Assembly: GCA_030141605.1 (NCBI GenBank)
Contig: JAQGDQ010001768.1
Location: 1 to 26,204 of the forward strand
Direction of reading: 5' to 3'
Origin: Tubiluchus corallicola
Taxonomy: Eukaryota; Animalia; Priapulida
DNA: 26,204 bases
The notes beneath the pieces are model-generated. The model saw only the letters and a list, made by a program, of their open reading frames with translations, did not search any database and had not been told where the DNA came from. A program made the translations under genes and the position numbers. Positions 22,301 to 26,204 of the stretch are shown here, in pieces. Each line of letters opens with the position of its first letter. Position 1 is the first letter of the stretch.

Positions 22301-25300
22301 TCGATTTATAAACGCAGTTAACACACCACAGGTACTTACTGCACGATTTACAAACACAGTTAACACACCACAGGTACTTACTGAGCGATTTGCAGACGCA
22401 GTTAACACACCACAGGTACTTACTGCACGATTTACAAACGCAGTTAACACACCACAGGTACTTACTGCACGATTTGCAGACGCAGTTAACACACCACAGG
22501 TACTTACTGCACGATGTGCGAACACAGTTAACACACCACAAGTACTTACTGCACGATTTACAAACACAGTTAACACACCACAGGTACTTACTGCGCGGTT
22601 TGCAAACGCAGTTAACACACCACAGGTACTTACTGCTCGATTTACAAACGCAGTTAACACACCACAGGTACTTACTGCGCGATTTGCGAACACAGTTAAC
22701 ACACCACAGGTACTTACTGCACGATTTGCAAACGCAGTTAACACACCACAGGTACTTACTGCACGATTTACAAACGCAGTTAACACACCACAGGTACTTA
22801 CTGCGCGGTTTGCAAACACAGTTAACACACCACAGGTACTTACTGCTCGATTTACAAACGCAGTTAACACACCACAGGTACTTACTGCACGATTTACAAA
22901 CGCAGTTAACACACCACAGGTACTTACTGCACGATTTGCAAACACAGTTAACACACCACAGGTACTTACTGAGCGATTTGCAAACACAGTTAACACACCA
23001 CAGGTACTTACTGCACGATTTGCAAACACAGTTAACACACCACAGGTACTTACTGAGCGATTTGCAAACACAGTTAACACACCACAGGTACTTACTGCAC
23101 GATTTGCAAACGCAGTTAACACACCACAGGTACTTACTGCACGATTTGCGAACACAGTTAACACACCACAGGTACTTACTGCGCGATTTACAAATGCAGT
23201 TAACACACCACAGGTACTTACTGCACGATTTGCAAACGCAGTTAACACACCACAGGTACTTACTGCACGATTTGCAAACGCAGTTAACACACCACAGGTA
23301 CTTACTGCACGATTTGCAAACGCAGTTAACACACCACAGGTACTTACTGCACGATTTACAAACGCAGTTAACACACCACAGGTACTTACTGCGCGATTTA
23401 CAAATGCAGTTAACACACCACAGGTACTTACTGCGCGATTTGCGAACACAGTTAACACACCACAGGTACTTACTGCACGATTTACAAACACAGTTAACAC
23501 ACCACAGGTACTTACTGCACGATTTACAAACACAGTTAACACACCACAGGTACTTACTGAGCGATTTGCAAACGCAGTTAACACACCACAGGTACTTACT
23601 GCACGATTTGCAAACACAGTTAACACACCACAGGTACTTACTGCACGATTTGCAAACACAGTTAACACACCACAGGTACTTACTGCACGATTTGCAAACA
23701 CAGTTAACACACCACAGGTACTTACTGCACGATTTACAAACGCAGTTAACACACCACAGGTACTTACTGCACGATTTACAAACACAGTTAACACACCACA
23801 GGTACTTACTGCACGATTTACAAATGCAGGTAACACACCACAGGTACTTACTGCGCGATTTACAAATGCAGTTAACACACCACAGGTACTTACTGCGCGA
23901 TTTGCGAACACAGTTAACACACCACAGGTACTTACTGCGCGATTTGCGAACACAGTTAACACACCACAGGTACTTACTGCACGATTTGCAAACGCAGTTA
24001 ACACACCACAGGTACTTACTGCGCGATTTGCAAACGCAGTTAACACACCACAGGTACTTACTGCACGATGTGCGAACACAGTTAACACACCACAGGTACT
24101 TACTGCGCGATTTACAAGTGCAGTTAACACACCACAGGTACTTACTGCGCGATTTGCAAACACAGTTAACACACCACAGGTACTTACTGCGCGATTTACA
24201 AGTGCAGTTAACACACAACAGGTACTTACTGCACGATGTGCAAACACAGTTAACACACCACAGGTACTTACTGCGCGATTTGCGAACACAGTTAACACAC
24301 CACAGGTACTTACTGCGCGATTTGTAAACGCAGTTAACACACCACAGGTACTTACTGCGCGATTTATAAACGCCGTTAACACACCACAGGTGCTTACTGC
24401 GCGATTTATAAACGCAGTTAACACACCACAGGTGCTTACTGCGCGATTTGCAAACGCCGTTAACACACCACAGGTGCTTACTGCGCGATTTGCAAACACA
24501 GTTAACACACCACAGGTGCTTGCTGCGCGATTTGCAAACGCAGTTAACACACCACAGGTACTTACTGCGCGATTTGCAAACACGTACTTACTGCGCGATT
24601 TGTAAACGCAGTTAACACACCACAGGTGCTTACTGCGCGATTTATAAACGCCGTTAACACACCACAGGTGCTTACTGCGCGATTTATAAACGCAGTTAAC
24701 ACACCACAGGTGCTTACTGCGCGATTTGCAAACGCCGTTAACACACCACAGGTGCTTACTGCACGATTTGCAAACACAGTTAACACACCACAGGTAGTTA
24801 CTGCACGATTTGCAAATGCAGTTAACACACCACAGGTACTTACTGCGCGATTTGCAAACGCAGTTAACACACCACAGGTGCTTGCTGCGCGATTTGCAAA
24901 CGCCGTTGACACACCACAGGTACTTACTGCGCGATTATCAAACGCCGTTAACACACCACAGGTACTTACTGCGTGATGTGCAAACACCGTTAACACACCA
25001 CAGGTAGTTACTGCACGATTTGCAAATACAGTTAACACACCACAGGTAGTTACTGCACGATTTGCAAATGCCGTTAACACACCACAGGTACTTACTGCGC
25101 GATTTGCAAACGCAGTTAACACACCACAGGTACTTAATGCACGATTTGCAAACACAGTTAACACACCACAGGTAGTTACTGCACGATTTGCAAATACAGT
25201 TAACACACCACAGGTACTTAATGCACGAATTATAAACGCCGTTAACACACCACAGGTACTTACTGCGCGATTTATAAACGCAGTTAACACACCACAGGTG

Positions 25301-25716
25301 CTTACTGCACGATTTATAAACGCCGTTAACACACCACAGGTACTTACTGCACGATTTATAAACACAGTTAACACACCACAGGTACTTAATGCACGATTTG
25401 CAAACACAGTTAACACACCACAGGTACTTACTGCACGATTTGCAAACACAGTTAACACACCACAGGTGCTTACTGCGCGATTTATAAACGCAGTTAACAC
25501 ACCACAGGTGCTTACTGCGCGATTTATAAACGCCGTTAACACACCACAGGTACTTACTGCGCGATTTATAAACGCAGTTAACACACCACAGGTGCTTACT
25601 GCGCGATTTGCAAACGCCATTAACACACCACAGGTGCTTACTGCGCGATTTGCAAACACAGTTAACACACCACAGGTACTTACTGCGCGATTATCAAACG
25701 CCGTTAACACACCACA
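19329..25716. repeat. 42-bp minisatellite B, ~152 copies
   Basis: Same monomer; a single register break (16 bp missing) at ~24583. Confidence 0.98.
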
Positions 25717-26204
25717 AGCGTTCTGGGATTAGCCATATATAAGTATCTTAGCCAGTATTCTATTGGTGATCCATTTTTTCTAGACGAGAATGATTTTTTG
25801 TGTGTTGCCCGTCTTAAACGTGACGTGGCCTGTGTTCAATTTCTCATAGATACGTTTTTTATTCTTGAAGATATTTTAAAAAAAGTTTAGATTGGCAGCT
25901 GCTAAAAGCTATGAGTGCATTAGTGAACAATTTTAAAAAGTACTGTGATAACCTTTTAATATAATATGTAGTTTTAGACAAACAATTTTAGAAGTAAAAT
26001 CTGATTTAGTGTGTATTATATAGTGCAACTGAATATAACATATGTGATATGATGTAATGTATATCACACACCACACAAAACAATAATAAAAATCATCATA
26101 ATTATTACCTGTATATTTTTTAAAGTTTTTAGACGTCTTGTAATCACACGTTTTTCCTTATTCTTCTACGGCAGTAATAAAATCTATAAACTTTATTATT
26201 TACA

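Noticed and set aside
19175-24605. 1650-1800 aa ORFs in three frames, including a CxxC-rich frame (CKSCSKYLWCVNCV)n that looks like a metal-binding protein
   Set aside because: The 42-bp monomer has one stop per strand (from gttaac), so four frames are open automatically. There are no credible unique termini, and a 16-bp register break is tolerated. Not called as CDS without transcript or peptide data.

Overview
AT-rich eukaryotic (probably bilaterian invertebrate) DNA made entirely of two head-to-tail copies of one large unit: 1-11911 and 11912-26204, where the window end corresponds to about position 11867 of copy 1, so no unique flank is visible. Each unit holds one minus-strand gene with an uninterrupted CDS (422 and 435 aa). 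It encodes an N-terminal BTB/POZ domain, a BACK domain and a C-terminal domain resembling a MATH/TRAF fold, i.e. a probable Cullin-3 adaptor with the domain order reversed relative to SPOP. The two paralogues are almost identical in the BTB domain but differ strongly, mostly non-synonymously and with in-frame indels, in the putative substrate-binding domain. The rest of each unit is a stack of repeats that vary between copies: a 99-bp tandem repeat derived from a LINE-like 3' end, (GTTCAT)n and (ATT)n microsatellites, a 133/141-bp satellite with a CTCF-like motif in every monomer, a palindrome-rich 42-bp minisatellite downstream of the gene, and an unrelated 42-bp minisatellite upstream of it (about 50 vs about 152 copies). 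The very long ORFs in the ORF track are translations of these repeats. All counts were made by eye; no database searches were run.
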